Notes: generated by a model from the sequence alone, not told the origin. Positions 26,825 through 36,390 are shown, counted from the stretch's first letter. The stretch: DNA of 64,000 nucleotides from an uncultured Verrucomicrobiota bacterium (GCA_946610035.1 CAMOCC010000001.1:35948-99947); one strand, 5' to 3'. A program made the numbers and translations.

Positions 26825-28225
26825 TTGTCCGTGGCTACCAATTTCAAGACAAGGCTTATACGGCTTGCGACGGCGCTCATCCCTGCAAAGGGGGTGAGGA
26901 AGCGCATTCGCAGGCGGCTTCTGGACCGCGAGCGCGACGAAAGGGTTGCGCTGACTCTGCCGGGGGTCCGTGCCCGCTACGCCGCGCACGAGGCCGCGTG
27001 CCGTGCGAAGCTTGCGCGCGGCGAGCGGCTGTCAGTCGCCTTCCTCGTCTGCGACGCGTCCATGTTCTCGGGCGAGCCCGTCTTCCTGAAGATGCGCGAC
27101 GACGCGCGCTTCAGGCCGTTCATCGCCGTCGCCCCGCGCGTGACGAGGGGAGACGAATTCCTGCGCGAAACGCTCGACAAGACCGCGGGTGCGCTGGAAG
27201 GGCGCTATCCGGGGGCGGTGGTGCGGCTCTACGACCCCGCCACCGGGCGGAGGGAGCGCCTTGATGCGGACGTCGTTTTCTCCACCGTGCTCTACGAGGA
27301 CCAGACGTATCCCGACTGGACGACTGAGAGGCTTTCGGAACGCTCGCTTGTCGCGATACTCTACTACGGCTACGGCGGACTCTTCTTCACGAACGAGAGG
27401 AAGACGCCGTTCCTCCCGAACATCGTCCTCTCCTGGCGCTATTTCGTGTCCAACGAGGCGACCAGGGCGATGAGCGCCGCAAAGAACCCGCTCCTCTCGC
27501 ACAACACGTTCGCCGTAGGCTACTGCAAGATGGACAGGCTAGAAGAATGTAAAATGGAAAATGGAAAATGTAAAATGGGAAGAGGCGAATGCAGTGTAGG
27601 ACTTGCACCGGGGCCTGCGAGGAAGAAGGTGATGATATGTCCGCACCACTCCATAGACAGGGAGGCGGACGGCCTCGCGCTTTCGACGTTCCTCGAGCAT
27701 GCGGACCTCTTCAGGCGCCTTCCCGCGATGTTTCCGGATGTCGATTTCGTGTTCAGACCGCATCCGCTCCTCTTTCCGAGGCTCGCGACGGCGAAGTGGT
27801 GGGGGCCCGAGAGGACGGCCCGCTACGCGGCGGAGATGGAGGCGCATCCGAACGTGGAGTTCCAGAGGGGCGGCGACTACTTCGCGACGTTCGCCGGGTC
27901 GGACGCGCTCATCCACGACTGCGGGTCGTTCCTGGCGGAGTATTTCTACACGGGGAAGCCGCAGTGCTACATGCTGGCGGACGACGCCACGGTGGAGCGG
28001 CAGTTTCTGCCGTTCGCGAGGCGGCTTCTCGACCACGTGGAGCGCGCGTACACAGACGACGACATCGTCGCCTTCGTGCGACGGGTGGTCCTGGCGGGCG
28101 ACGATCCGCGCAAGGCGGGGAGGGAGGACTTCGCGGCGCGCGAGGTGTGCGTGAACCATCCGCATGCGGCGGCGGGCGTCGTCGATGCGGTTGTGAAGGG
28201 AATCAAACAAGAGGAGGTCAAATAA
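26825..28225 (+). CDS. TagF/TagB-like CDP-glycerol glycerophosphotransferase family protein (start TTG 26825 or GTG 26831). Internal 7-nt repeat tract.
   Basis: C-terminal half carries KKVMICPHHSID...FRPHPLLFPR motifs reminiscent of the Glyphos_transf domain. Low certainty on family. Confidence 0.4.
   Translation: MSVATNFKTRLIRLATALIPAKGVRKRIRRRLLDRERDERVALTLPGVRARYAAHEAACRAKLARGERLSVAFLVCDASMFSGEPVFLKMRDDARFRPFIAVAPRVTRGDEFLRETLDKTAGALEGRYPGAVVRLYDPATGRRERLDADVVFSTVLYEDQTYPDWTTERLSERSLVAILYYGYGGLFFTNERKTPFLPNIVLSWRYFVSNEATRAMSAAKNPLLSHNTFAVGYCKMDRLEECKMENGKCKMGRGECSVGLAPGPARKKVMICPHHSIDREADGLALSTFLEHADLFRRLPAMFPDVDFVFRPHPLLFPRLATAKWWGPERTARYAAEMEAHPNVEFQRGGDYFATFAGSDALIHDCGSFLAEYFYTGKPQCYMLADDATVERQFLPFARRLLDHVERAYTDDDIVAFVRRVVLAGDDPRKAGREDFAAREVCVNHPHAAAGVVDAVVKGIKQEEVK
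27545..27593. repeat. Heptanucleotide tandem repeat (GAATGTA/AAATGGA) x5-7 inside the TagF-like CDS, between its N- and C-terminal domains
   Basis: gaatgta aaatgga aaatgga aaatgta aaatggg (aagaggc gaatgca). Same repeat family as 24513-24568. Confidence 0.85.
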
Positions 28226-28227
28226 AG

Positions 28228-28668
28228 ATGAGCAAGACGATTATAGGCTATACGAGCGGGGTCTACGACCTCTTCCACATAGGGCATCTCAACCTTCTGA
28301 AGAACGCGCACGGGCTCTGCGACAAGCTGATCGTGGGCGTTTCTGTGGACGAGCTCGTGGCGTACAAGCACAAGAGGGCTGTTATCCCGTTTGCGGAGCG
28401 GCTGGAGATCGTCCGTTCGATCAAGTACGTGGACGCGGCGATTCCGCAGGACGACCTGGACAAGTACAAGATGTGGGAGAAGCTCCACTTCGACGTCCTC
28501 TTCGTCGGCGACGACTGGTTCAACACGCCGAGCTGGAAGGAGATGGAGGCCAAGTTCTCGAAGGTGGGCGTCAGGGTCGTCTACTTCCCGCGCACCAAGG
28601 GGACGAGCTCGACGATCCTCTCCGCTACGCTCAAGAAGCTGCGCGAGGGAGAGGGAGGGGCGGCATGA
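28228..28668 (+). CDS. HxGH-family cytidylyltransferase (glycerol-3-phosphate cytidylyltransferase TagD / CCT-ECT type)
   Basis: GYTSGVYDLFHIGHLNLLK (HxGH). RTKGTSST near the C-terminus. GAGGAGG SD. Confidence 0.8.
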   Translation: MSKTIIGYTSGVYDLFHIGHLNLLKNAHGLCDKLIVGVSVDELVAYKHKRAVIPFAERLEIVRSIKYVDAAIPQDDLDKYKMWEKLHFDVLFVGDDWFNTPSWKEMEAKFSKVGVRVVYFPRTKGTSSTILSATLKKLREGEGGAA

Positions 28669-29609
28669 GCCTTCTGGAGCGCAAGTACGAGAAGGGCCAG
28701 CTGGTGACGCGCCTTTGCGGCCTGCGCGTGTGGCGCAGCGCCGGGGAGCCGGGGCTGTCGCTGCAGTCGCAGCTGCTCAGGCGCGAACTGCTGACGGCCG
28801 CCGACATCGGGAACATGCCTCCGGCGCGGGGCTATTCGCGGGATGTCCAGCTCGCCGGCGTCGTGCTGCTCAAGGAGGTGCTGCGCGTCGCGCACGAGAA
28901 CGGATTCCATCCGTGGATGATAAGCGGGAGCCTTCTCGGGGTCGTCCGCCACGGCGGGAGGTTCGTGCCGTGGGACGACGACGTCGACGAGGGGATGATA
29001 CGCGAGGAGTACGACCGTTTCTGCGAGGTGTTCAACGAGAAGTGCCGCGAAGGTTTCTTCGCCTGGCGCCGCTTCTCGCGCAAGTGGAACCAGATCAAGG
29101 TCTCGCACCGCGAGCTGCCGAAGGACGTCACCGCGTCCATCATGTCCTATGATCGCTACTACGCCCCCCTCCCCGGGCTCAAGGAGAAGCACGAATTGTT
29201 CATGAAGGTGAGGTCCGCCCAGGAGCGCAACGCGAAGCGGTTCGATCCGCAGGCGGACGACGCCGCGCACCGCGCGGCGCTCGACCAGGCGAGGCGGGAC
29301 TGGATCATGGACGGCAGGGAGGCGGCGCCGGACGCGGCGAAACCGGCGATCTACCGCGGCGTCGAATTCTCCGTCGCCGGCTGGGTGAAGGAGGCCGCCT
29401 ACGATTACGACGACATATTCCCGCTTAAGTCCGCGACATTCGAGGGCGTCCCCGTGATGGTCCCGAACGACCCCGAGACGGTGCTCACGTACAACTACGG
29501 CGACTGGGCCGGATGGCCCGGACGCCTGGGGCCGCACCATCCGGCCTCGCGATTCAACATGGAGAAGGCGTTGTCGCTCAGGAGGTTCCTGGCGCGGCAC
29601 CGGGATTAG
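28665..29609 (+). CDS. LicD-family phosphotransferase (phosphocholine/phospho-alcohol transferase)
   Basis: ISGSLLGVVRHGGRFVPWDDDVDEGM matches the LicD signature. ATGA overlap. Confidence 0.7.
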   Translation: MSLLERKYEKGQLVTRLCGLRVWRSAGEPGLSLQSQLLRRELLTAADIGNMPPARGYSRDVQLAGVVLLKEVLRVAHENGFHPWMISGSLLGVVRHGGRFVPWDDDVDEGMIREEYDRFCEVFNEKCREGFFAWRRFSRKWNQIKVSHRELPKDVTASIMSYDRYYAPLPGLKEKHELFMKVRSAQERNAKRFDPQADDAAHRAALDQARRDWIMDGREAAPDAAKPAIYRGVEFSVAGWVKEAAYDYDDIFPLKSATFEGVPVMVPNDPETVLTYNYGDWAGWPGRLGPHHPASRFNMEKALSLRRFLARHRD

Positions 29610-29621
29610 GGGAGGGCGGCG

Positions 29622-30173
29622 ATGCTTGACGTGTTGACCGGAATTATGACATTCTGGGTCCTGCCCAGGTCCCGCCGTCTCAAGTGGCGGCGGCGGCTTG
29701 TCTCGTTCTGGCACGGCCTGCCGGTGAGGCGGCGCGCGAAGTCCGTCGGCAGGGGGCTTAAGTGCCATGGGCCCGTAAAGGTCACGCGCCACACCGTCGT
29801 CGGCGAGGGCGTTTCATTCAACGGAGCCAGGATACTTGGGACCGGCAACGTCGTCTTCGGCAACTACGTGCATTCCGGCGAGGGCCTTGTGATCTTCACC
29901 CGCAACCACAACTACAACGGCGGCGAGGCGATCCCGTACGACAGGACATACACGGTCAAGGATGTGACCATCGGCGACTTCGTCTGGATCGGCGCGTATG
30001 TGATCCTCCTTCCCGGCACGAAGATCGGGGAGGGCGCGATCATCCAGGCGGGTTCCGTCGTCCACGGGGAGATTCCGCCCATGGCCATCGCCGGCGGCAA
30101 TCCCGCAAAGGTCTTCGCCGAGCGCGACAGGGCGCACTTCCTTCGCCTTAAGGCGGAAGGAAGATTCCACTGA
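29622..30173 (+). CDS. Hexapeptide-repeat (LbH) sugar O-acetyltransferase
   Basis: Repeated [LIV]GxxxxI hexapeptides. C-terminal IAGGNPAKV. Confidence 0.7.
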   Translation: MLDVLTGIMTFWVLPRSRRLKWRRRLVSFWHGLPVRRRAKSVGRGLKCHGPVKVTRHTVVGEGVSFNGARILGTGNVVFGNYVHSGEGLVIFTRNHNYNGGEAIPYDRTYTVKDVTIGDFVWIGAYVILLPGTKIGEGAIIQAGSVVHGEIPPMAIAGGNPAKVFAERDRAHFLRLKAEGRFH

Positions 30174-30226
30174 ATGTCGTCGATCAAAAACCCGTAGCCG
30201 CCGGCGGAAAAGCCGGGGCCTGGCGC

Positions 30227-31033
30227 TTATCGCGCGTTATCCTCGTCGTCGTCGGGTTCCGGCGGCGTATAGTTTTCATCGAGCCACCTGTTCGCGGCGT
30301 CGATGTCGGTCCACTCTTCGCCCGTCAACTGTTCATATTCCTCCCGGGCGACACGAGCGCCGGCCTCGTTGCCGCTTTCAATGATTGAGACAAGGGACTC
30401 GAGTATCTCAAGGTCGTCGTCGCGGGATGTGATCTCGCTTACGATGCTGGTCAGCGCTTCGACGCTGTCGAGCGTCTTCATCGTCGCCTCGGCGATTGAC
30501 AATCGCAGGTCGTTGTCCTCGATGTCGCTCATTGCCAGCTCCCACTGGGATATAGCCGTGTTGGCCACATCGTCATCGGGGTCCGCCATCAACGGAGTCA
30601 GATCGGGAAGCGCCTGCGGACCGAACCACCCCAATGCCTCGATTGCCGCCTCACGAACGGCGGGGTTTGTCGACTTAAGCGCATGTTGAGCCGCGCTTGC
30701 AACAGCGGAGAAGTTGTCCTCGTCCAATGCGTCCTGGACTGACAGCACGATCTTGCGGTCGTCGGCGGAAAGTTCATCAAGAAACGCTTCAAAGCCTGGT
30801 TTTTCGCCCAACCGTGACTGTGGAATCCGCCGTTTGGAAACCACATCCTGCACTGCAGCTTTCGGGTCCTGCCGTCCCGGTTTCGGCTTGGACCGGATGA
30901 CTCGTCTGCCTGGATCGGGTTTAACCCGGCCGCTCTCGTCACCCGTCCCACGCTCCGTTTGATATAGGCATATAAGCCCTGCGGCGACGGTCGCCACCGC
31001 CAGGGCTGCCCAACTAACAGTCTTACGATTCAT
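30227..31033 (-). CDS. N-terminally membrane-anchored HEAT/ARM-like repeat protein with acidic C-terminus (paralog of 49133-50083)
   Basis: One TM helix, then repeated A.EALGW.G helical repeats and a DDDEDNAR tail. Confidence 0.5.
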   Translation of the reverse strand: MNRKTVSWAALAVATVAAGLICLYQTERGTGDESGRVKPDPGRRVIRSKPKPGRQDPKAAVQDVVSKRRIPQSRLGEKPGFEAFLDELSADDRKIVLSVQDALDEDNFSAVASAAQHALKSTNPAVREAAIEALGWFGPQALPDLTPLMADPDDDVANTAISQWELAMSDIEDNDLRLSIAEATMKTLDSVEALTSIVSEITSRDDDLEILESLVSIIESGNEAGARVAREEYEQLTGEEWTDIDAANRWLDENYTPPEPDDDEDNAR

Positions 31034-31043
31034 GTCCAGTATA

Positions 31044-32042
31044 TCAGTCGATGACGACCGGCCAGCTGGCCTTCAGTTTCTTGCAGGTTGCGATGCCTGT
31101 CGCCGTTTCGCCGTTGATGCGTCCGCTGACGTTGAACGAATACTTCTTGAGCTTTGGCTTGCCTTTCTCGATATTCGCCTCGTTGGTTGCATAGACCTTG
31201 AACGAACCGGTGAAAGTCGCCTTCTTGGAGTTGTACTTGAGTTTGAGACCGGATATGTTGGTCTTGTTCTCGTCGTCGAGGCCGATGAGTTCATACCACG
31301 TTTCGCCGTCTTCCTTGAATTTCTTGTACTTGATGCTCGGCGCCTTGCCGCAGTTCCAGCTCTTGGCGTTCGAGGTCACAATCTCGAGATCCGGAATCGT
31401 CTCGAAAATCAGGTCGTAGTCGTCGCTTGGCATCTCGTAGTCATCCGCTTCGACGGAGAAGGTATGCTGCCCGTGCACAAACGTCCCGTCGTCGTCATCG
31501 TCATCCGTCTCGTATTCGTCGGCGAATTCGTAGGCTCCCGCCTTGCCGCCGACCTCGCCGTCTGACGTAATTACCACCTCGACAGCTCCGAGGTTCTTGA
31601 CACTCGACCATGTAGCCGTGATTGTGCCGCCTTCATCGGGCGCGAATGCGGTTTTGGACGCCGTTGCGCTCTTGCCCGACGCCAGCTTGAAGGCGATCTT
31701 GACCGAAACCTTTCCCTTCTTCGACTTTTTGCTAGTCGTGATGGTTGCGAGACCTGCATAGGTGCCGTCTTCGTTCACGATGTAGGCCTGTTTCGTCATG
31801 GCCTTCGACCAGTCCGTCGTGCTCCAGCTGCCGCCCGACGACGAGCCTCCGCCCGACGACGAGCTCTCGTCTCCGCAGAACACGCAACCCGAGGAGGGCT
31901 TCGATGGTATGATGACAGGATCGTCGTCTATGACGATTTCGCCGCCGTTGCAGAACGCGCAGCCGTCGTAGACGGTCGTTTTCTTGGCCTGCGCCGCAAT
32001 CGCGACGGCGCCGAGCAGGGAGAGAAGAATCGCTTTTTTCAT
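31044..32042 (-). CDS. Secreted protein with two CxxC pairs and the shared Lys-rich C-terminal module
   Basis: Signal peptide MKKAILLSLLGAVAIAAQA. CAFC and CVFC. C-terminal LKLKYNSKKATFTGSFKVY...KKLKKYSF...GIATCKKLKASWPV. Confidence 0.6.
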   Translation of the reverse strand: MKKAILLSLLGAVAIAAQAKKTTVYDGCAFCNGGEIVIDDDPVIIPSKPSSGCVFCGDESSSSGGGSSSGGSWSTTDWSKAMTKQAYIVNEDGTYAGLATITTSKKSKKGKVSVKIAFKLASGKSATASKTAFAPDEGGTITATWSSVKNLGAVEVVITSDGEVGGKAGAYEFADEYETDDDDDDGTFVHGQHTFSVEADDYEMPSDDYDLIFETIPDLEIVTSNAKSWNCGKAPSIKYKKFKEDGETWYELIGLDDENKTNISGLKLKYNSKKATFTGSFKVYATNEANIEKGKPKLKKYSFNVSGRINGETATGIATCKKLKASWPVVID

Positions 32043-32084
32043 AGCCTTGTCCTTTCTTGTAGATGGGTTTTGGTGGGCGTTCGG

Positions 32085-32963
32085 TTATTCGCCGAGAGTC
32101 TCGGCAATTTTTGCGGCAACCGCAGCTTTGACCGTTGCGGGGAATTTCTTGTAGACGTCGAGAATGGAGGTTGAGTTGCGGAGCTTCTTCGACAGCTGGG
32201 AGTTGTATTTGATCGACCACGTGCCGGACACCGCCGTGAAGTCGACGTCGCCGAATTCTGCGCAGTCGCAGAAGTTCCAGGCCGTGGCATAGTCAACTTC
32301 GTCTTCCTCGTCCTCCTCGGCGTTGCAGAACGTGCAGACGCCTTTCTTGCCGGGCGTCGTGACGGAGGGAGCCGGCATCCATCCGGCGACATTGCCCGAG
32401 ATTGTCTTGACGTAGCTCATGCAGTCGGCAAGCACAAGGTTCCCGTCCGCCTTCTCCGTGCTCAGGACAAGGGAGCCGAACCCGGCGAAGGAAAGGAATG
32501 CGTTGGAGCTGTCGCTTGAGTCTCCGATCGTCCAGGCCCCCTCGCACTTCGTCCCGTTCTGGTCGATGGCGTTGAGCAGCCGCCAGTGTATGTCCTCGTC
32601 GAAGACGATCGTGTTGGGGCTTTTCTTGTCCCAGATGACGCATCCCGCGACGATTCCCATGCTCTGGTTTATGACCGTCCAGTTGCCGAGGATGGCGTCG
32701 CAGCTGCATCCCCAGATGACGCCGTTCCAGGTCTGCGACCCCTGCGTGCGGTAGACGATCGTGCCGGTTTCGTCGACGAATGCGTTCTTGCCGGCCGAGA
32801 TGGACGACTTCTTGGCCGAAGTGGTCTTGATCGTGATCTTGACGTCGTAGACCTGTGCGGCCTTGTCGTCTTCGGCATTGCCGAACGCGGCGGGAGTCGA
32901 GCAGCAGACGCCGGCGGCGAGTGCGATTAGCATGGTGGTGTGTTTCATGGTATGTTCCTTCAT
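32085..32963 (-). CDS. Secreted Cys-rich 'IWGCDCE' family protein (paralog 1)
   Basis: Signal peptide. AQVYDVKITIKTT, VIWGCSCDAILG, SGNVAGW, CTFCNAEEDEED, SGTWSIKYNSQLSKK. Confidence 0.6.
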   Translation of the reverse strand: MKEHTMKHTTMLIALAAGVCCSTPAAFGNAEDDKAAQVYDVKITIKTTSAKKSSISAGKNAFVDETGTIVYRTQGSQTWNGVIWGCSCDAILGNWTVINQSMGIVAGCVIWDKKSPNTIVFDEDIHWRLLNAIDQNGTKCEGAWTIGDSSDSSNAFLSFAGFGSLVLSTEKADGNLVLADCMSYVKTISGNVAGWMPAPSVTTPGKKGVCTFCNAEEDEEDEVDYATAWNFCDCAEFGDVDFTAVSGTWSIKYNSQLSKKLRNSTSILDVYKKFPATVKAAVAAKIAETLGE

Positions 32964-34564
32964 TTGTTGTGTTTGGGTTTTGTCCTTGAAGCTCTGCGCC
33001 TGGACGCGGGTGGCTTTGCCGGACGGTAGACCGCGCCGTCCGTGTCCGTAATCACCGCCCCCGCGCTGCCTGCACCCGGACGGCTCAGGCGCTTGCCGTC
33101 CTCGAAGACGAAGACGGGCCCGCCATCGTTGGCAGCCTCTTCCCGGAGGAATCCGTCTTGCGTATTTTTCTCGCTCCGGAACGCCTTGCGGCGGACGAGA
33201 CGGATGTTACCATGGCTTGAAATGGTAATCTCGGAATTGCCGTCTTCCGCAACGAATTTTCCTGTGGCCCATTCGGGAAGCGGCTCGACGCGAAACAGCA
33301 CCCGCCGCGGTACGCGCAGCCCGCCGGTTCGCTGCGTGAATGTGAATGTCGCGGTATAGGACCCCGGTTTGGTCGCGCACCCGGAAAGGACGCGGCCCTC
33401 GGCGTCGCAGGAGAATCCCGGCGGGATGCGCGCAGCTTGCAGGCGCACGTCGTTCGAAACGCCTCCAAGCGCGAATGTGCGCCGCACGCCGCATCGCAGG
33501 GCGATCGCCCCGTCCCGCATTCTCGGAACGTTCCCGTCTTCCAGCAACGCGAAGGCAAGCTCGCTCGCGAACCTTGCATCGGTTTGCGTCGGCTTTGCCG
33601 CGCGGTACTGCGCGATAATAGGACAGGTCGCGATCAGCGTCCGTGTGTTGTCGTTTGTCGGCGTACCCACGGGAATGTCGCGTACGACTGTGCCGTTGTC
33701 GGCCGTGAACGTCAGCGCATAGTCCGGCGAGGAGAAGAACGGCAGTATGACGCCGTCCTTCTCCTCGGGGTACCCTGTTACCGTCGTGAGCGGCGTGTCG
33801 CCGGCGCGGAAACGGTAGGCGGATGACCACGGGTGAAGCTGCGGCCCGGGCGTTTTGTGCTGCGTATCGCTGTGGCCTGCGCCGAAAAGGTGCCCGATTT
33901 CGTGCATCAGTGTGTGGCGTTGTTCGATTGCATCGATCCGACAGGCGCAATAGGCCCTCTCGGAGAGCGCGTCCAGATCGCCGGCGGCCAGCTGGTCGTG
34001 GTAGATGGAAGTGGCGTAGCCGTAGATGTTGGGTGTTTTGCTGGTCGTGAGGATGGCGACGATATCGGCATGGCTGGCATCGCGCGCCGCCCGGATGTGT
34101 TCGGCCGTCTGCGCATCGAGAGCTGGCGTCGCACCCAGTGTAGGGGCAAAAGCCGCGACGATTTCCGTTAGCTCATGCGCGCCGAAATCCAGCGGCGAGA
34201 CGTCCATCACGTCCGCCAGGCGGAACGTGAAGCGCCGGTCGATGCCCGTGTACGCCAGCGATGCGTTCAGATCGTCCACACACGCCTTGGCGTAGCCTTC
34301 CGTGGCGTGTCCGGCGGCTGCGAGATGATTCTGTGCGGACGCATCGAACACGAGTAGAACGTCGACCACATTGGTCTCCGTATCCCCGCCGTACCAGTTC
34401 GGCGCGAGAGGCAATGCCGCCGCCTGCGAACCGTCAGATTCCGGACGTCGGGCCAGCGTCCAGTTCTCCGCCGCGCACAGACCGCCTGCCAGCAAGACTG
34501 TGGTTAGAAGCGCGCCTTTCACGGCACCTCCTTTCTGGCGGGTTCTAGCACCTTGGAAATCCAT
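32960..34564 (-). CDS. Secreted metzincin-type zinc metalloprotease (possible GTG start at 34522)
   Basis: HTLMHEIGHLFGAGHSD (HExxHxxGxxH). Confidence 0.65.
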   Translation of the reverse strand: MDFQGARTRQKGGAVKGALLTTVLLAGGLCAAENWTLARRPESDGSQAAALPLAPNWYGGDTETNVVDVLLVFDASAQNHLAAAGHATEGYAKACVDDLNASLAYTGIDRRFTFRLADVMDVSPLDFGAHELTEIVAAFAPTLGATPALDAQTAEHIRAARDASHADIVAILTTSKTPNIYGYATSIYHDQLAAGDLDALSERAYCACRIDAIEQRHTLMHEIGHLFGAGHSDTQHKTPGPQLHPWSSAYRFRAGDTPLTTVTGYPEEKDGVILPFFSSPDYALTFTADNGTVVRDIPVGTPTNDNTRTLIATCPIIAQYRAAKPTQTDARFASELAFALLEDGNVPRMRDGAIALRCGVRRTFALGGVSNDVRLQAARIPPGFSCDAEGRVLSGCATKPGSYTATFTFTQRTGGLRVPRRVLFRVEPLPEWATGKFVAEDGNSEITISSHGNIRLVRRKAFRSEKNTQDGFLREEAANDGGPVFVFEDGKRLSRPGAGSAGAVITDTDGAVYRPAKPPASRRRASRTKPKHNK

Positions 34565-36378
34565 CCGGGAATGTAGAGTTCCGCGCCGGGAACGATATCG
34601 ACCCAGGTCCTTTCGCGCCCATACTGCGTATCGAACTGCGCGGCGAACTCGCCAATCGCAAGCCGGACTTCCGAGCCGGACGACAGGGTGTACGGAACGG
34701 CATCAGGCGCAAACGGCGGCGAGAGAAAGATCGTCCGCCGCGCATGGCAGTAGGCTCCATCGCCCAGATGTTTCGCACGGTGCTTGAGATAGCGCGCCGC
34801 GCCCCTACCGGCAGCCACAAGGCGATCGACGGCATTGGGGAGTTCGTCCGGATTGTTGACGACGAGCACGGAACCAGCATCCGGCGTCGCATGGATTCCA
34901 TCGCGCAGCTCATGCCCGAAGCTGCCGATGGCGTCGCCTGCTAATACTGCGTCGTCACGAATGATGGCCGTATGCACGTCACCACGACCGATGCGAACCG
35001 TGCCGCCATCACACGCAACGGGAATCTCGCGGGCGTCCGCCTGACGGCGACCAATGGCTTCGAGTGCCAGAACCGTGAGGCACCCCAAAACGACCGCGAT
35101 GGCGAAAAGGAGGGCGAGACGCCGACGGGTCGCGCCGCTGCCGCCCTGTGCCAGCTCTTTGCCGACGACGACAAGCACCGCTCCGCCGCAGAGCGCCGGG
35201 AGAATCCACAACGTCGGGAAGATGCCGACGGTGCTGAACCAGAGCGAAACGGCAAACGCACTCCAGACGGCCAGCGCAACCTGGACTGTTTTGCGTCGTG
35301 CAAAGGCGAAAAGGAGCATGAACAGCATCAGCCAGGCCGACACATAGGCGCAGCGGAAGACGCGTCCGTACTGCACCATCCAAGTGAGATGGCTGTTCAC
35401 GAGATAGTAGAGACGGTGATTGTCGGAAGGGGCCTGGAACCAGTCGCAGTATGCGCGGCCGGGTTCATCGCCCCAGCCTTCGGGCGCAACCGCCATCATC
35501 TCGGGTGCTGCGGCCCAGCATCTGAGCCGTTGCACGTTGCCTTCATCCACGGAAAGCAGGTTCGCGCCAAAACGTCCGTCCGTCATCTTCCCGACGGCAA
35601 AAAGGGCGACACCTCCCAGAAGAACGGTAAGCATGGTGCCCAGCAGGACCCTTTTCCCCCCAAGACGCGGAACGAAGTGCACAAGCGCCGTGATGGCGAT
35701 GCCGAGGATAGACGCGATAAACGATCCGCGCGAGCCGGTTAGAATCAAGGCGACGAGCGCGGCTGCCGAGGCTCCCAGACACGCTAGGCGTACACCGCAC
35801 CGCCGCCAAACGAGGGCGAATGCGGCAAACAGCGCCGCAATCTCCGCAAAGAGCGTGCCGGCGGCATTGGGGTTGAAGTATCCGAGTCTGAGACGCGCGC
35901 CGTCACGCCACCAACTGGCTTTTTCCGCCTTGTCCCGTTCGGCCGAACGCGGACGCCAGAGCTGCTGAAGAGTCGGCGGCCTCTTGGGATGGGCGGAAAG
36001 GAAGGCGAGATCCTTCGCCTTCCGGTTTTCATCGCCTTCACGCCGGAAACTTCTGAGTCGGCCTTGCGTGAAGACAAGCGTCGCCGCCCCGGCATCAAGA
36101 AAATTGCGATGATGAACGTCGATGCGACCATCCGATTCCTCCATTGCCGTGGCTTCGTGCGACTGCCATGTGCGTTTGCGCGCGCCGGGGCGCGCGTCGA
36201 AGGACATGACGGGGATCGACGCATACTTGAGGACAAGTCGGTCCTTCCCGCCCGGCGCCAGATAGAAATCCGACACGCCTGCCGCGGTCCCTTCGCCCAC
36301 CGGGATATCGTATCCGAAGGCGGGAAGCGCGGCAAGCGCAAGGCAACTCAGGATCTTTCTGGCGCAAGAACCAATCAT
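34519..36378 (-). CDS. Wzy_C-domain (O-antigen-ligase / PglL-like) polytopic membrane protein
   Basis: Many TM helices. LILTGSRGSFIASILG resembles the Wzy_C TxSRG motif. C-terminal VPGAELYIPGW is shared with the paralog at 46911-48680. Confidence 0.55.
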   Translation of the reverse strand: MIGSCARKILSCLALAALPAFGYDIPVGEGTAAGVSDFYLAPGGKDRLVLKYASIPVMSFDARPGARKRTWQSHEATAMEESDGRIDVHHRNFLDAGAATLVFTQGRLRSFRREGDENRKAKDLAFLSAHPKRPPTLQQLWRPRSAERDKAEKASWWRDGARLRLGYFNPNAAGTLFAEIAALFAAFALVWRRCGVRLACLGASAAALVALILTGSRGSFIASILGIAITALVHFVPRLGGKRVLLGTMLTVLLGGVALFAVGKMTDGRFGANLLSVDEGNVQRLRCWAAAPEMMAVAPEGWGDEPGRAYCDWFQAPSDNHRLYYLVNSHLTWMVQYGRVFRCAYVSAWLMLFMLLFAFARRKTVQVALAVWSAFAVSLWFSTVGIFPTLWILPALCGGAVLVVVGKELAQGGSGATRRRLALLFAIAVVLGCLTVLALEAIGRRQADAREIPVACDGGTVRIGRGDVHTAIIRDDAVLAGDAIGSFGHELRDGIHATPDAGSVLVVNNPDELPNAVDRLVAAGRGAARYLKHRAKHLGDGAYCHARRTIFLSPPFAPDAVPYTLSSGSEVRLAIGEFAAQFDTQYGRERTWVDIVPGAELYIPGWISKVLEPARKEVP

Positions 36379-36390
36379 CTACCGAATGTC

